64,000 nt of DNA from Hydrolagus affinis (lineage: Eukaryota). Position numbers and translations under genes: made by a program. The stretch lies in contig JAAILG010000147.1 of NCBI GenBank assembly GCA_012026655.1, forward strand, positions 62,001 through 126,000, read 5' to 3'. The stretch's first letter is position 1. The number at the start of each line of letters is the position of its first letter. Below the pieces are notes generated by a model that saw only the letters and a program-made list of their open reading frames with translations, did no database searches and was not told the DNA's origin. Positions 38,379-51,292 of this stretch are shown here, piece by piece.

Positions 38379-39706
38379 AGCTCTATTCCAACTGTCCTCA
38401 AAACAAGGAATAACAAAGGCAGTGGTGTGTTTCTAGAGTGTAATAATAATTAATCCTTGTTTTGATATAATGCCTTATTGTACTGTATTCCAGACATCTA
38501 AAAGCACCTCAAGGAATTATGTCTCAAGATTCTCTTCTTCAGCTGTACTCTTGACCACCCTCCTACCCTTACCTTCCTTGTCTTCCACCCCTCCAAACCT
38601 CTGTGTGTGTCCAAATCCGTAACTTGTTGTTGTGAAATGTAGTGACTGTATATTTTGTAGCCAAACATAGCCAATTAGCATGCAACAATTTCCCACAAAC
38701 AGTCATGAAGTGAAGGACTAATTTCTTCACATCTACTCTTATCCCTCCCATATTATAATGTGGAAACCTCAACCCCTAAGCACTATATCAAATGCAAGGA
38801 TTATATTATATTAATGATGCGGAAACTATTGCAGGTTTAACTGAGGTATTGAAAGAGCTGGTCGAGCTGGATTCCCTTACAGCAATGCCTATTGCCATTA
38901 ATTCATATTTTGAACAGCAAAGGCACTGCCTCTAGGTCACATCCCATGAAGTAACCAAGAACTGAGTAATGTATCAAAATCTACAGTCTGTGATGGGAGA
39001 AAAGGTGACACCTCCAGAAAGATTACGATAAATGGAAGGAACAAACAATAGAGTATTTTTTAAAATAAGTAATTTTTTACTAAGGACTATGATCTTAAAT
39101 GCAATTATATTAATCATGCAGCAACTATTGGAGTTTAAGCATGTTCATACCCAGCACATAAAAACTTAATGACATGTCTGTAGTGTTCAGCATTCTGATT
39201 ACTCATAGGTGACTCGTTACCCTATAGTATAAAACTGGTAGCAAGCTGGGCACTTTGCTAAACTATGTTATTTTTTTTATAATTACTGCTCTATTTCTCT
39301 TCCTCAAATAGTCTGCCTTTATCCTTTGTGTTTGAGGGAGCTTTGACGGGGAAAGGATCAGCCTTCAGAGAATTCTGTCTCCCTCAAACAATGCTGGTGT
39401 TCAGTCAGTCAGTAGAGATGCGTAAAAACATATTAAGACTGTTCCTTCCAATGGATTCAGCATAATTCCATTTCCATGAACTCTGCCCAGTTAATCTCCT
39501 GAGCGATGTGAATAGTGAAGGAGAGTTGCCAAGCAGACAAGATTTTGAAAAATGTTCACTTTATCTAATGTTAGAATCCGTGCCATTTCTCCTGCATAAA
39601 TTGGCTGCCAAGTTCGCCAACAAAGTCATTATACTGTAGTTCAACTCATATGAAACTTCCTGATGTCATCCCAATGTGCAAGGATTATTACTAATAATAT
39701 CATAAA

Positions 39707-39738
39707 CTCCTGATAACTCATCGCTGAGTTATCAGGAG
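39707..39738. repeat. Perfect 14-bp hairpin with 4-nt loop
   Basis: ctcctgataactca-tcgc-tgagttatcaggag. Confidence 0.95.
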
Positions 39739-40459
39739 CAGCAAGTTAGGCATACGCATAAATACACAAATAAATGTGGTCAGGATATTGACAGCACGAT
39801 GATGTAGTTGTCAGGAATTTACTGTATTATTATAAATTAGTACTAAAATGTGGTGATCTGAGTGGTGGAAGGTTAAGACGTGTCACACGACTTAGTCCAT
39901 TCAAGCACAGTGTCGGGAGAGGTGTCATTGACAGGGACTTCATCAGGAGCAGATATTTTAACCACGTGATATTCATTACATTTTTCAATCCTCTATATGT
40001 AATATATATATTCTTGCTGAGCACGGCATATTTTCCTGCACGTGCACACAACACATCGGCAACTGTCCAAAATAAAGTCTGCTCCTGAACGGCAAAGAGA
40101 CCAAAGCATCACTCGATTAAACAGGTATTTTGGTGACTTCCATGAAATTAATGGGAGACTGAAAAAAAATATCGGGGGAACATTGCACAGAGCATTGCAG
40201 TTTGGGACCCAAACCAAACAATAACATGGATGGTTTGTAATGAATGTCTCGACTAGTTGAAATTTTCCTCCCATTTCAGGAAACCCCTATTCCCTCCACA
40301 CTGCAAATTTTCCACTCGATTTGCAACTCGGATTCTGAAAGCATGTCCTAATTAAGTAAAGGTATGAACATTCTCTGCTGCTAAAAGGCAAACTCACTTT
40401 ACAAATATAAACATTAAACTCTTATTGAAGTGCACCCTGTTTTCCTGAGATACCTGATG

Positions 40460-40612
40460 CATAGAATCATGGAATCTTACAGTGTACAAGTGTGGACGGT
40501 GACCATTCGACTCAGTTCACTGAAAGAGCTGTCCAACTAGCCCCCCGCTCTGACCCCATGGCCCTGCAAATTTTTGGTTTTCAAATACCTATCCAATTCC
40601 CTTTTGAAAGAA
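40460..40612 (-). mobile_element. CR1 3' fragment
   Basis: 'catagaatcatggaatcttacag...ttcaaatacctatccaattcccttttgaaag'. Confidence 0.7.
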
Positions 40613-41377
40613 AAACAGGCATTGCCACTTAGTTCATTCAAGACTTCATTCAAGAAAAAAATTTCACTCCATGTAAAGAATGAAATTTCTTCACATCCAT
40701 GCTCTATGCTTTTGTCAGCTCTTCAGTTTATTTAAAATATACAGATGTTTGTTGCAGTGTTATTACTTTTTTTAAAAAAAGGCTCATGGCTTCAGGGTTC
40801 TGAGGTGATACCCCGTGTGAAGGACAATGCAAGCTGTTATTGTTTGTTACATGCAAACTGGCTCCCATATTCACCTGCAAAATATACAGTCACTACATTT
40901 TACAGTAAAAGCTGTGGAAAAACTTTGATACGCTCTCCTGTTATGAAAGGCGCAAATGATTATTTCTTATTATTAATTGAGGCTTGATTAATAGGTATGA
41001 GCCTGATGTTTAACTTATTCAGTGTTATTTCATGAGAACATTCAAATCCATAGCTTTCTTTGGCAAAAAAACAAACATTTCCCTACAGATAAGTTATGGC
41101 AGAAAAATATTTTCACTCTCTGAAAGTATTTGAATCATTTTCCCTTCTAATGCACTACAATTCCACAGATGCCAGTCATTCTCTGGTTTCTCATCTGAGC
41201 ATTCATTGTGTGTGAATGTGTCGTGGCAGAGAGTCAGACAGACAGACTGTGAGACATCACAGCCAAGTCCAATCCTGTCCCAATGTGCACCTTTAACAGG
41301 TGTTCTTGGATCTCAATTAGAGGCTCGAATTTCACAAGCTTTTATCCCGTCTTAAATTTTCAGATTGAGTAGAATTT

Positions 41378-41768
41378 ACATAAGAATTAGGAGCAGGAGT
41401 AAGCCATTCAGCCCCTCGAGCGTGCCCCACCACTCAATAAGAATGTGGCTAATTTTCTAATCTAACTATACCTACCCGCCTTATCCCCATATCCCTTTAT
41501 CCATAAGAAATCTATCAATCTCAGTCTCAAATATGTTCAAGGACTGAGCATCTACAGCCTTTTGGGGTAGAGAATTCCATAAATTCACTAACTTCTGAGT
41601 GAAGAGGTTTTTCCTCAACTCAGTGCAAAAGACTGACCCCTAATCTTAAAACTATGTCCCCTAGTTATAGTTTCTCCAACCAGGGGAAACAGTCTCCCAC
41701 TGTCTACTCTATCATGCCCCTTAATAATCTTATAGGTTTCTATAAAATCACCTCTAATTCTTCTATTT
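41378..41768 (-). mobile_element. CR1 3' end (relatively young subfamily)
   Basis: 'acataagaattaggagcaggagtaagccattcagcccctcgag...'. Closely similar to the reverse complement of 50885-51292. Confidence 0.9.
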
Positions 41769-41974
41769 GTGAGATTCTTAAATATAATCCGAATTTGGAA
41801 GCTGTTTTTTCAAGATTCTTGAAAAGAGTTGGCTTCTAAGTTAAGATTGAATTGAAGTATTTTTACAATTCTGTGGATTGTGCATTGAAAGACCAAATGG
41901 CCTTCCATTTTAGGTTCCAGAGCTGCCTGTTTTCCCTCTCCCAATTGATGGGGAATACGAACAGTTGTCATATA

Positions 41975-42235
41975 CAGTAGAAGCCCAATTATCCGGCACG
42001 CTCGGGGTGGGGGGTCAATTAATTGACTGTGCCGGATAATCGGACGGCAAGTTGCCGAAAACCCAACACAAAAAATGTACTTATTTTAAAACATACTATA
42101 TTAATAATACACTAAATAGTAACAGAATATTGTACAGCTACTTACTAATAAAGATTCCAGCACACGGTAAAAAATCGGTAAAAAAGCATTTTTTTTTCCC
42201 GGTTAATTGGGTCACGGATAAACAGGCTTCTACTG
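41975..42235. mobile_element. Tigger/pogo-like MITE (261 bp)
   Basis: TA|cagtagaagcccaattatccg ... cggataaacaggcttctactg|TA, i.e. TIRs with a TA TSD. Confidence 0.9.
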
Positions 42236-43924
42236 TATACTGAGATCGGTTAAATCAGTGTACACCAGGATTGAATGTGAGTCCTTTCTTGTCTTAAAAG
42301 TTCAGCTCCTTATTGGATAAACTGGTTCAGCCATTGAGGGATTGTTTTGTGAAGGCCACAGCTAGAAGCATCCATCAAGGGAAGGCGAGAGCAGCATTTT
42401 AACGAACAACCAACAAATTGATCCCAGCCACTGATAAGGCCTTCACTAAGCACTTATTGATCAACTGCAGCTTCTGTTGATTATCTCCGGACGGTTGTGA
42501 AGAGAAAGGTGTGCACTGGGGCCATTTTGTCCTTGATTTCTGACACAATGGATTCAACAACAAAAAGAATCTGCATTTGTGCTGCAATTTGTAATGTCAG
42601 CATTCCTACTCGCCTTCCACTCCCGCTATTAATTTTCCCTGTGTACTATGTATGGATGCTCTTTGAAAACAAAGATTTAGCAGATCGATGACTAGACTGG
42701 TCAGAAAGGAAGCCAGAACATGTACATAGCATTAAACACTTCTAATTGAACCAGCTCTTGGGGATTCAGCAAAACTAAGAGTTAGTAAGCAACATTTAAA
42801 TATAACTAACCACTAACTGAATTGTTAATGATCAGTTGTTCATTTGAATTGATCGCTTATCTGTATGTCCTTCCATGGAAGAAAATGGCAAACCTTGTGT
42901 TGATTTAAGGAGGGGGAATCCTATATTCGGGGGGCGGATGCCGTGATTATGATTATGATTTTCAATGCGATTTGTCATCTGGATCTATTTTCTGCACTTT
43001 AATTAAGGAATATAGTCATTGTGTGTAGAGATATGTGAAGGTTGCAGCAACTGATAGAAACCAGTTAATGACTGTGGGCTTGGATATATATACAAGTTGA
43101 TGCTTTAAACTGGTTTTGATAATATCCATCCACATAAATCCCACCCTGAATGTCAATCAGGACTAAACCTTGAATCAATAAAGGATTTTGCTCCCAGAAC
43201 AGATTGCAAGGAATTTTGCAAATCTTCAAGGTTATTTCTTTAACAAAAACGCTACCGCCTGCGTTTGCTTCGGTGAGCGACACAATATTTTGCAAATTCT
43301 TTATGAATTTCTGCAAACATCCATACTTCAGATAGGAGAACATATAAATCACCAAAAATCTACATTGTTCTTGCTAAGCGCCGAAACGTCTGCATCAGCA
43401 ACTCTTGAGCAATTGAAGCCAGTTAATCTTGATACTTTCCTGTTTGAGGGTACTGCAATGCCTCCCTCCGAGGGACTGGAACAATTTTGCAAAACAGAGA
43501 GCAAACTTTTCACACATCAGAAGTGATCATATATATATATATATATACACACACAGTGATTATGATTGATTGTCACTGCAACAGTTGTTCATTCCAACTC
43601 TTCATCAATGCAGTGAAGTAAGGGTTCACTGATAGTACTGCACACATTTTGCTAAAGTATAATTTTCACATTTGTATTCCCACATACTGGGAGTCTTTGC
43701 ACTGCCCTTCAGCTACTGGTAAATTGCCTTTACTACAATTACGATGCAGGGACAAATGCACATTACCTGCAGCAATATTAGAAACAACGTGTCATTACTG
43801 AAGACACATCATTAATTATGGGCAATGCTGAAACCAATGATAGTCAGCTGCACAGTAACAATACCTTCATTCTAGAGCAGTGCTTTTAAATCATAGATAC
43901 TGGAACTAAATTAGCATTGGTTCA

Positions 43925-44240
43925 GACGTAAAGGAACAGAAGTAGGCCATTGTGGTTTTAGAGCCTGTTCTGTCATTTCGTTAGATCATCGGCAGATCTT
44001 TTAATCCTATTTTCCTCCCTTTTTTCTCTATCCCATAATACCCTTACAATTCTTTATCTTCCTTTGTAAAGATCGCACTTGATAGTACATTTGCATCCTT
44101 CCAGGATGTTCAACTTCCTCACAATTCTTTGCACAAAGAAATGTTCTGTGATTTAACATTTAGCTGCAATCTGAAAAAATTATCCCCCTGTTTTTTTTGC
44201 TTCCTCAACCTGAGGAAAGTGTCATCCCATATGTAGCTTG
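43925..44240 (-). mobile_element. Old CR1 3' fragment
   Basis: 'ggaacagaagtaggccatt...gagcctgttctgtcatttcgttagatcat'. Confidence 0.6.
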
Positions 44241-45044
44241 TAAATTTCATTTTGTATCATTAAATTCCCCCCATTCAGACAATCAGGTCTGGCAAGCTCG
44301 TGCTCATTGTGTAGGATCACACATCAACAATAGGCACTTGGGGAAAGTCTCCGGGTAAGGTTTTGTGGAACTTTCATCCGGTGTGAGTTGATGCTGTTTG
44401 GAGAGGAGGGGGAAACAAACAAAGTTTTATTTTTATAAAGAAACTGAAAAAAAAGCCAGAGCTAGGGTTTTCATTTGAATGAAGAGATATCTCTTGTTGA
44501 AGAGACAGCAATTGTTGCGGATGCCACATGCAAGTGCCAGGCTGAGTTTTTGAAGGGATTTTTATCAAGGTTTTGTGAATATATGCATTAAGAGAAACTC
44601 AAACCAGCTGGTGTCCAAATGAATTAACTCATCAGTCTGCTGCAACATGATCATCTGAAGGTTAACCATGAACATTTATTATTCATAATTGTTTTTGATT
44701 TCCTGCATGTAATTTTGCTCAATGTGTGATGTTCTTGATATAAGCCTGTGGGAGTACCATTGTTTGTGTCACTATCATGCTGTGTACTTACTATCCAGGA
44801 TATAGTCAACATTCATAAGCGACACATTACCCAACTTAAACACTTTGAAGAGAAGTTGATTTTTTTTTGCCTTTTGGGGATTAGGCTGCCATTATTGCAA
44901 AACCTCCTCAAAGGATTTACTTGTGATATTCAGATCTCTCCCAGCCCGAGGTGTAAGGTTGTTCCTTTGTTTCTGATATCAGCGGTAGCCTAGGATATAG
45001 TACTAATTCTTATGTTCAGGGTAGTCTCTTTCAAATGAGGAAGA

Positions 45045-45731
45045 TGTTTTGAAGCGTTTTGCAGGATTTATTGTAAAGTGTTTTTATTGTGCAGATTTAG
45101 ACAGCAGCCAATTTGGCTAGGACACCGAGAGAAACTCCCATCTCTTTTCAAATAGTGCCATGGGATCTATAACATGTATCTGAACAGGTAGAAGTAGGGT
45201 CCGTCGATATCGAAATTTTACGATATTGATATATCAGTGGGCTCATATCGATATAACTGATATATTGATATCTCCGGGCTTTTTTGTACTGCGCATGCGG
45301 GCGCATTCGGAGGTGTGCGCGCATTCTGATTCGCATTCCGTGCTCTAGGCCCAAGAGGTTTGCAATGCCGACGACAAGGTAAATTGAAAAAGTTTGCTTT
45401 ATACTGATGTAACCCATATATTGATATATCGCCGGACACGATATACCGATATTTGCGATATATCAATTTTTTTTTACTATCGAATTTTTCGATATATCGA
45501 TATATTTGAATTTCCAATATCGGCATATCGATATGAAAAATTATACCGATATAACCGATATATCGATATATCGCCAGACACGAGGTAGAAGGAACCTTGG
45601 TTTTAAGTCTCATTGAAAGGGTGGGCACCTCCAACAATAACAACACTGCATTGGGGCATCAGCATAGATGAGGAGTTGGAAGTTCTGATGTGGGAACCTA
45701 CTGACTCTGAGACGAGAATGCTACCAACTAA
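45045..45731 (-). mobile_element. DeuSINE-type SINE split by a hAT MITE
   Basis: 'atagtgccatgggatctataacatgtatctgaacaggtagaag|gaaccttggttttaagtctcatt' rejoins into the reverse-complemented Deu domain. Degenerate tRNA head near 45690-45731. Confidence 0.8.
45195..45583 (+). mobile_element. hAT-type MITE, copy 2 (389 bp)
   Basis: 8-bp TSD ggtagaag at 45187-45194 and 45584-45591. Ends tagggtccgtcgatat ... atatcgccagacacga. Homologous to 10564-10958. Confidence 0.9.
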
Positions 45732-46044
45732 TGGCACAATGAAGTGACGTATATAGGGCTTCATTAACTTGTTGTTCCACTGACTCCTACGTCTCTGTAA
45801 AATACAATAATGCTTACATTTGATGTAGCCTTGTCACATTGTTGCAGCACCTCAAAGTGCTTCACAGAACGTATTAGAGTTAATTTCAGGCTTCCAGCAT
45901 CTGCAGTACAGTATTTAGTTTTTCTAATATTATAAACGGATAGTCTGTAATGAAGTTTTCTAAGCACACCCTACCAATGTCCAGAACCATGTCAAGTGCG
46001 CGTCCTCAAGCCTCCTCAAACTTCACATCAAATGCCAAGTGTGA

Positions 46045-46370
46045 GGAGGTCGCTCCTGTAGCTCAGTGGTTAAAGCACTCACCTTACAGGCATGAGACCT
46101 GTGTTCGAATCCAGGCAGGTCAGAGCAAAACCTTGGGCAATTTTGCTTACTCTACATGCCTAATAATAATCTATCCAAAAAAACCACAATAATAAAAATT
46201 GGTATTTTCAATCCACGACTGTTTGTGGGAAACTGCTGTGCGTAATTAACTGTCACGTTTCCCCAAAAATATACAGTCAATTCACTCTACAGTATATTCT
46301 ATGAAGCGCTTTGAGATGTTGGTAAGATGTGAAAAGCGCTACATCAAATGCAAGGATTATTATTATTATT
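46045..46370 (+). mobile_element. Full-length tRNA-derived SINE inserted in L2
   Basis: A box tagctcagtggtt, B box gttcgaatcc, tail atcaaatgcaaggattattattattatt. It splits the L2 peptide KCEE|xMDFF. Confidence 0.92.
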
Positions 46371-47660
46371 GTATGGACTTCTTTTCCACTGAAATAAATA
46401 ATATTCACCAGGCAGCCTCATCCTCCTGCCTCTTGTCACCCACCACCTACCCCCTCTGCATCCCCCTCACCCTCCCTGTCATCAGCATCTACCACGACCC
46501 CCTTCCTACATTCCTCCCTCCCTATCTCTCCTTCCTCCCTCTCACCCACCATCACTTCAATGAAACCCACCACCTGCTGCCTCGACCCCCTTCCCATCAA
46601 CTTGCAGGTCACCCAGCTCCCCCTCCTCTGCCCACTGCTGGCTTACATCATTAATCAGTCCCTCTCCTCAGGATCAGTCCATGCCCCCCCCCTCAAAACC
46701 GCTGTCATCACCCCACTCCTCAAAACACCTTCCCTAGATCCCTCAAAGCCACTACCGCCTTATTTCAACGTTGACCTTCATTGTCAAAGTCTTAGAACGC
46801 GTTGTTGCCAATCAACTCCGCGCCCACCTCTCCTCCCACTCCCTTTTCAAATCCCTCCAGTCCGGTTTCCACCCTGTCCACAGCACAGAGTGAGAAAGTC
46901 ACAAACGACATCCTCTCTATCTGTGACCGTCTGCCTCCTTGTCCTCCTGGACCTCTCCGCTGCTTTCGACACAGTCGATCATGCCATCCTTCTCCACCGC
47001 CTGTCCTCCATCATTCACCTCAATGGGACCGCACTCATTTGGTTTGAGTCCTACCTCACAAACCGCCAGCAGTACATCTTCCCAAAAGGCTTTTCCCCCC
47101 GTTCTCACCTGGTTACCTGCGGGATACCCCAGGGATCCATCTTTGGCCCCTTCTCTTCCTAATCTACACGCTCCCTCTTGGCGATGTCATCCACAGACAT
47201 AGGATACTTCCACATGTACGCTGATGACGCCCAACTCTATTTTTCCACCTCACTTTGCGACCCCCAGGCTCCTGATGTTCTGTCAGCCTGTCTGTCCGAC
47301 ATCAGGAGCTGGATGAGGGCGAATTTCTTTTAGTAAAATGTTGTCAAGACGGAAGCCATACTCTTTGACTCTCGTCAACGTCTTCAATCCCATGGCTCTC
47401 ACCTCCTCCACCTACCTGACCTGTCCCTAAAACTCTCCGAACCTGTTCACAACCTAGACATCAGGTTCGACCACCAATTATCCTTCCTCCCCCACATCCG
47501 GTCACTCACCAGCACCGCTTTTTTCCATCTCTGACGCATCGCTTGTCTCTGCCAATATCTCACCCCGAAAGCTGCCAAAACCCCGGTCCATGCCTTTGTC
47601 ATCTCTCAGCTGGACTATTCAATGCCCTCCTCACCTGTCTCCCCTCTGCTACCATTCATA

Positions 47661-47858
47661 TCATAGAATCTTGCGGCACAAAAGGAGGCCATTTGGCCCA
47701 TCTAGTCTGTGCCAGCTCTTTGAAAAGAGCAACTCAATCCCACTGCCCAGCTCTCTCCTCATAACCGAACCCACCTGTTCTTCCTAAATAAAGATCTAAT
47801 TCTCTTTTAAAAGCTGTTATCGATTCAGCCTCCACCACCTTTTCAGGCAACGCATTCC
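47661..47858 (-). mobile_element. CR1 3' fragment inserted in L2
   Basis: Minus-strand peptide WNALPEKVVEAESITAFKRELDLYL and tail tcatagaatc. Removing it restores L2 'SATIHRIQVIQNSA'. Confidence 0.9.
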
Positions 47859-48574
47859 ATAGAATCCAGGTCATCCAGAATTCTGCCAGGCATATTCTTA
47901 GCCATACCAAACTCCGCTCCCTGAGTACCCCAGCCCTTGCCAGACTACACTGGCTCCCTGTCCCAGAAAAGATCGATTTCAAGATCCTCACTCTTATTTT
48001 CAAATCCCTCCACTCCTCTGCACCCCCTCCCTCTCTGACCTCCTCTCTCCTCACAACAGCACCCATTGCCTTCGCTCTACTGGGTCTGGCCTCCTCCTTG
48101 TCCCCTGAATCCTCAGCTCCACCATTGGCAGCTGTGCCTTCAGCCACTATGCCCCGAGGAATGTCCCTTCCTCACTCCCTTCGCCTCCCTTTTTACTTTC
48201 AGGTCTCGGCTAAAGACCTTTCTTTTCGACCGTGCGTTCGGTCACCATTTTCCCCCTCCCCCTGGCTCGGCCCCGGGATCCATTCTTTCTCATGGTGCTC
48301 TGGGATGCCATCAGGCCTGGAGGTCGCTATTATTGTTGTTTTTGAGTGATAACATTGCCTTGTTTTCAGAGATACTCTATATGCCTTGTGCCACGGGAGT
48401 CCAATATCATAACTACAAAAACAACAACTTGGATTTGTATAGCGCCCTCCATACCGCTATGAGAAAGACGGGGAGCTGGTGCAGAAAGTGGAACCTATTT
48501 GCCAGACGTCCCCACTTTAACACTCCTTTCTGGCTGCCGGAGGTGAAACATAAATATGCCGTTAAAATCAAATA

Positions 48575-48684
48575 TCAGCTCCTCTATCAGCAACACCGCC
48601 TGTTCAATGCTTGATAGCCAGCTCCTCTATCATTAACAAAACCTTTGCAGCCATCAAATCCCAGCTCCTCCATCATTAGCACAG
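48575..48684. repeat. Degenerate minisatellite, period 43
   Basis: Core cagctcctc(t/c)atca starts at 48576, 48619 and 48662. Confidence 0.8.
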
Positions 48685-48887
48685 TTGGTACCACACTCAA
48701 ATGCTGTGATCTGTTCTGGCAGACATGCATCATAACCAGGGCATTGCAAGTGTGAACCCTGCACTACTGGTTCTCAAACAAATGGTTTTGTTGGTCTCAG
48801 TGTGCGTTTACATTTACTGTTGGCTGCAGTGTGACTTGTCCCTGAAAATACTTAATCATATGAAAAATCTGCCGTTATCCCTGAACA

Positions 48888-49200
48888 GGAGTTGTGTAGC
48901 TCGGTGGTTAGAGCACTTGTCTTGCAAGCGAGTGCACTTGGTTCGATTCCAGGGAGGGCAAAATCTTGGGAAGGTTTCCTTACTCCACATGCCTGATGAC
49001 AATCCCTCAAAAAAAAATTGGCCTTCTCAATCCATGACTGTCTGTGGGATACTCCTGTGCGCAATTGGCATTTCGTCCACAAAATTTACAATCAATTCAC
49101 TTTACAGTATATTCTGTTTGTTTGTTGTTGCACTTTGTGAAGCACTTTGAGACTTCTGGAAGATTTGAAAAGCCCTATATCAAATGGAAGGATTATTGTT
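48888..49200 (+). mobile_element. Full-length tRNA-derived SINE
   Basis: ggagttgtgtagctcggtggttagagcac...ggttcgattcc...atcaaatggaaggattatt. Confidence 0.9.
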
Positions 49201-50884
49201 TATTTATATAACCGGTGCCTTGTCCATAGCGTAGAACAGCTATGTACCCTGTCTTGATCTACAGAAGTGATGTAAGGTATTGGCTGACGACTTCTGCATT
49301 TGTGAAAAACAGTGAAATCACCAAGGTAGGTTTCAATCCTTTATCACAGCCTCCCTTCACATTAGTGCTGCGTAGATTTAGCAAACAATGGCGTTGCTGT
49401 GTCGCAACCTTAAACCTTCAAACCAAATTGCAGCACTTGAGCTGATTGTTGCAGTCTATGAGATTAAGGACCTGAACTGCAGTTGCAGTTGTAATGAATT
49501 TTGCGGTTAAGAGTGATTATGCCATGATATTGTTTAGCAACACCTCATGCAGTGGGTGAGTGGGGGCGAATGGCAGTGTTGCCCTATTTGCTAAATGTTT
49601 TGACCCAAATTTAATGACATTTTAGGTCTGTTGAGGATTTTCTTAAATTTTGCAATGACAAGGACTAGCCAGAGGGTTTCTGTGGCTGCATAAAATCAGG
49701 TGGGTGGTCACATGCAGTCACTGTGGCTGCATTTGACATAGACTCCAGTGCAGCATTAGTGTACATGAGTATTACTTTAACCTAATGTGCAGCCGTTTTC
49801 TGCAGTCAATGTTGAGCAACTTTGTTTCTTTTATTTATACTCATTTTGAATGTTGTATCCAGCCTCACTCTTCTAAGTCACTTCACCTTTCCATGTGGTG
49901 TGAGATTCTCCCAAATAAAATCTGTTTATGAAACTGCTTCCAGATAGAGTAAGATTACCCCCATCTTCCTCCTCCATTACCCTCCTTTTTCCTGCATCAA
50001 GACCTTCCTCTTTGACCGTATCTTCAATCATACCCCCATCCCTCTTGCCCTCCACCCCTCTAGATTTGAAACCCCAGATCAGGGGAATAAAATTTGTTGT
50101 TCCCCCCACCACCACCCATTCCTTCTCTCCCTGGATATTACTGTTCTATTCAACTCTATTACATACAGCGTCATCCTTTGAATCAGCAAGTGAGTTAAGT
50201 TACCAAAAATATACATTTTTAAAAAGTTATATGGGCAATTACTGTTCAAAAGAATCGCCCTTTGAATTCCAAAGCAGTTAAGTTTCATTGTACATCCTTT
50301 CTCTAAGAATATAATTTGCTGGAGGCTGTTTGTTTTTCAACTGCAGGATAATTGCTCTTCAGAAACCAGCCTAATTACAGTCAATAGGCTGAGAGCGTCA
50401 AGCCCTCCACATTGCTGTGACTCTGCACCGCACAGCTTGTTAAGTCAGAGCCCGAGCCAGGCTGAATCCAGTGCCAGTTTTACTTCAAACTCATTTCATT
50501 TGCAATGTATTTACCAAAGTTGGTTGAAGTTTCTTATACACTGGGTCAAGATGGTTTCATCTCTGTGAAATATACTTCTTTTCAGTGAGGTTATATAAAA
50601 AAGTAGGCTCATTTGTAGCAGAACTACACCACCTTGTGATAATGTGGGTCAAACATCAGATTGCAGATTTTGCTGAAACACAAGCATAGTAAGTGTCTTG
50701 TGCACACCTCACTGTTGGCATTACATTGACATTGGGAACAATCCAGCTTTTATTTGCTGCTGGAAGCCAAGAAAAAAACTATTTTCCACTGGTTTCTAAA
50801 ATCATGAAAGGAAAAGATTTTTCTATCCATTTGCCTTCACGCTTCCAGAATACCTACCCTGTTACTTGCCTTATATCTATCCTG

Positions 50885-51292
50885 TTTCTCTAGAATATAG
50901 AATAATTAGAGGTGAAACCTATAAGATTATTAAGGGGCTTGATAGAGTAGACAGTGGGAGACTGTTTCCTCTGGTTGGAGAAACTATAACTAGGGGTCAT
51001 AGTTTTAAGATTAGGGGTCAGCCATTTGCACTGAGTTCAGGAAAAAAAACTTCTTCACTCAGAGGGTAGTGAATTTATAGAATTCTCTACCCCCAAAAGG
51101 CTGTAGATACTCAGTCCTTGAACATATTCAAAACTGAAATTGATTGATTTCTTATGGATACAGGGATTAAGGGATATGGAGATGAAGCGGCCAGGTGGAG
51201 TTGATTGGAAGATCAGCCATGATCTTATTGAATGGTGGGGCAGGCTTGAGGGGCCGAATGGCCTACTCGTATCCCTAATTCTTATGTTCTTA
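50885..51292 (+). mobile_element. CR1 3' end (relatively young subfamily)
   Basis: LEYRIIRGETYKIIKGLDRVDSGRLFPLVGETITRGHSFKIRG (CR1 C-terminus). Tail 'ggccgaatggcctactc...ttcttatgttctta'. Confidence 0.92.

Larger units (their letters stand above)
45985..48342 (+). mobile_element. 5'-truncated, frameshifted L2 LINE (ORF2 RT to 3' tail) with nested SINE and CR1
   Basis: Motifs KCEE/MDFFS, PTTCCLDPLP, LVLLDLSAAFDTVDHAILLHRL, CGIPQGSIFGP, FHMYADDAQLYF, IQVIQNSA, LHWLPV, RSRLKTFLF. Tail 'cgctattattgttgtt'. Confidence 0.95.

Noticed and set aside
43370-43395. Second hammerhead (ccgaaacgtc)
   Set aside because: No upstream CUGANGA core or stem II.
43188-43526. 112-aa ORF
   Set aside because: Non-ATG start, no recognisable domain and no convincing splice sites.
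43527-43556. (AT)n(AC)n microsatellite; (GA)n at 5590 and 10048
   Set aside because: Ordinary short microsatellites.
45218-45646. 142-aa ORF rich in IYRYI
   Set aside because: Translation artefact of the low-complexity MITE repeats.
46045-46120. tRNA genes (also 8955-9027, 18370-18440, 28630-28710, 48888-48955)
   Set aside because: A and B boxes are present, but each continues into a shared SINE body and tail, and the copies differ from one another by many substitutions. These are SINE heads.
46560-47162. 200-aa ORF as a functional reverse transcriptase gene
   Set aside because: Frameshifts, stops and nested insertions show a dead L2 copy.
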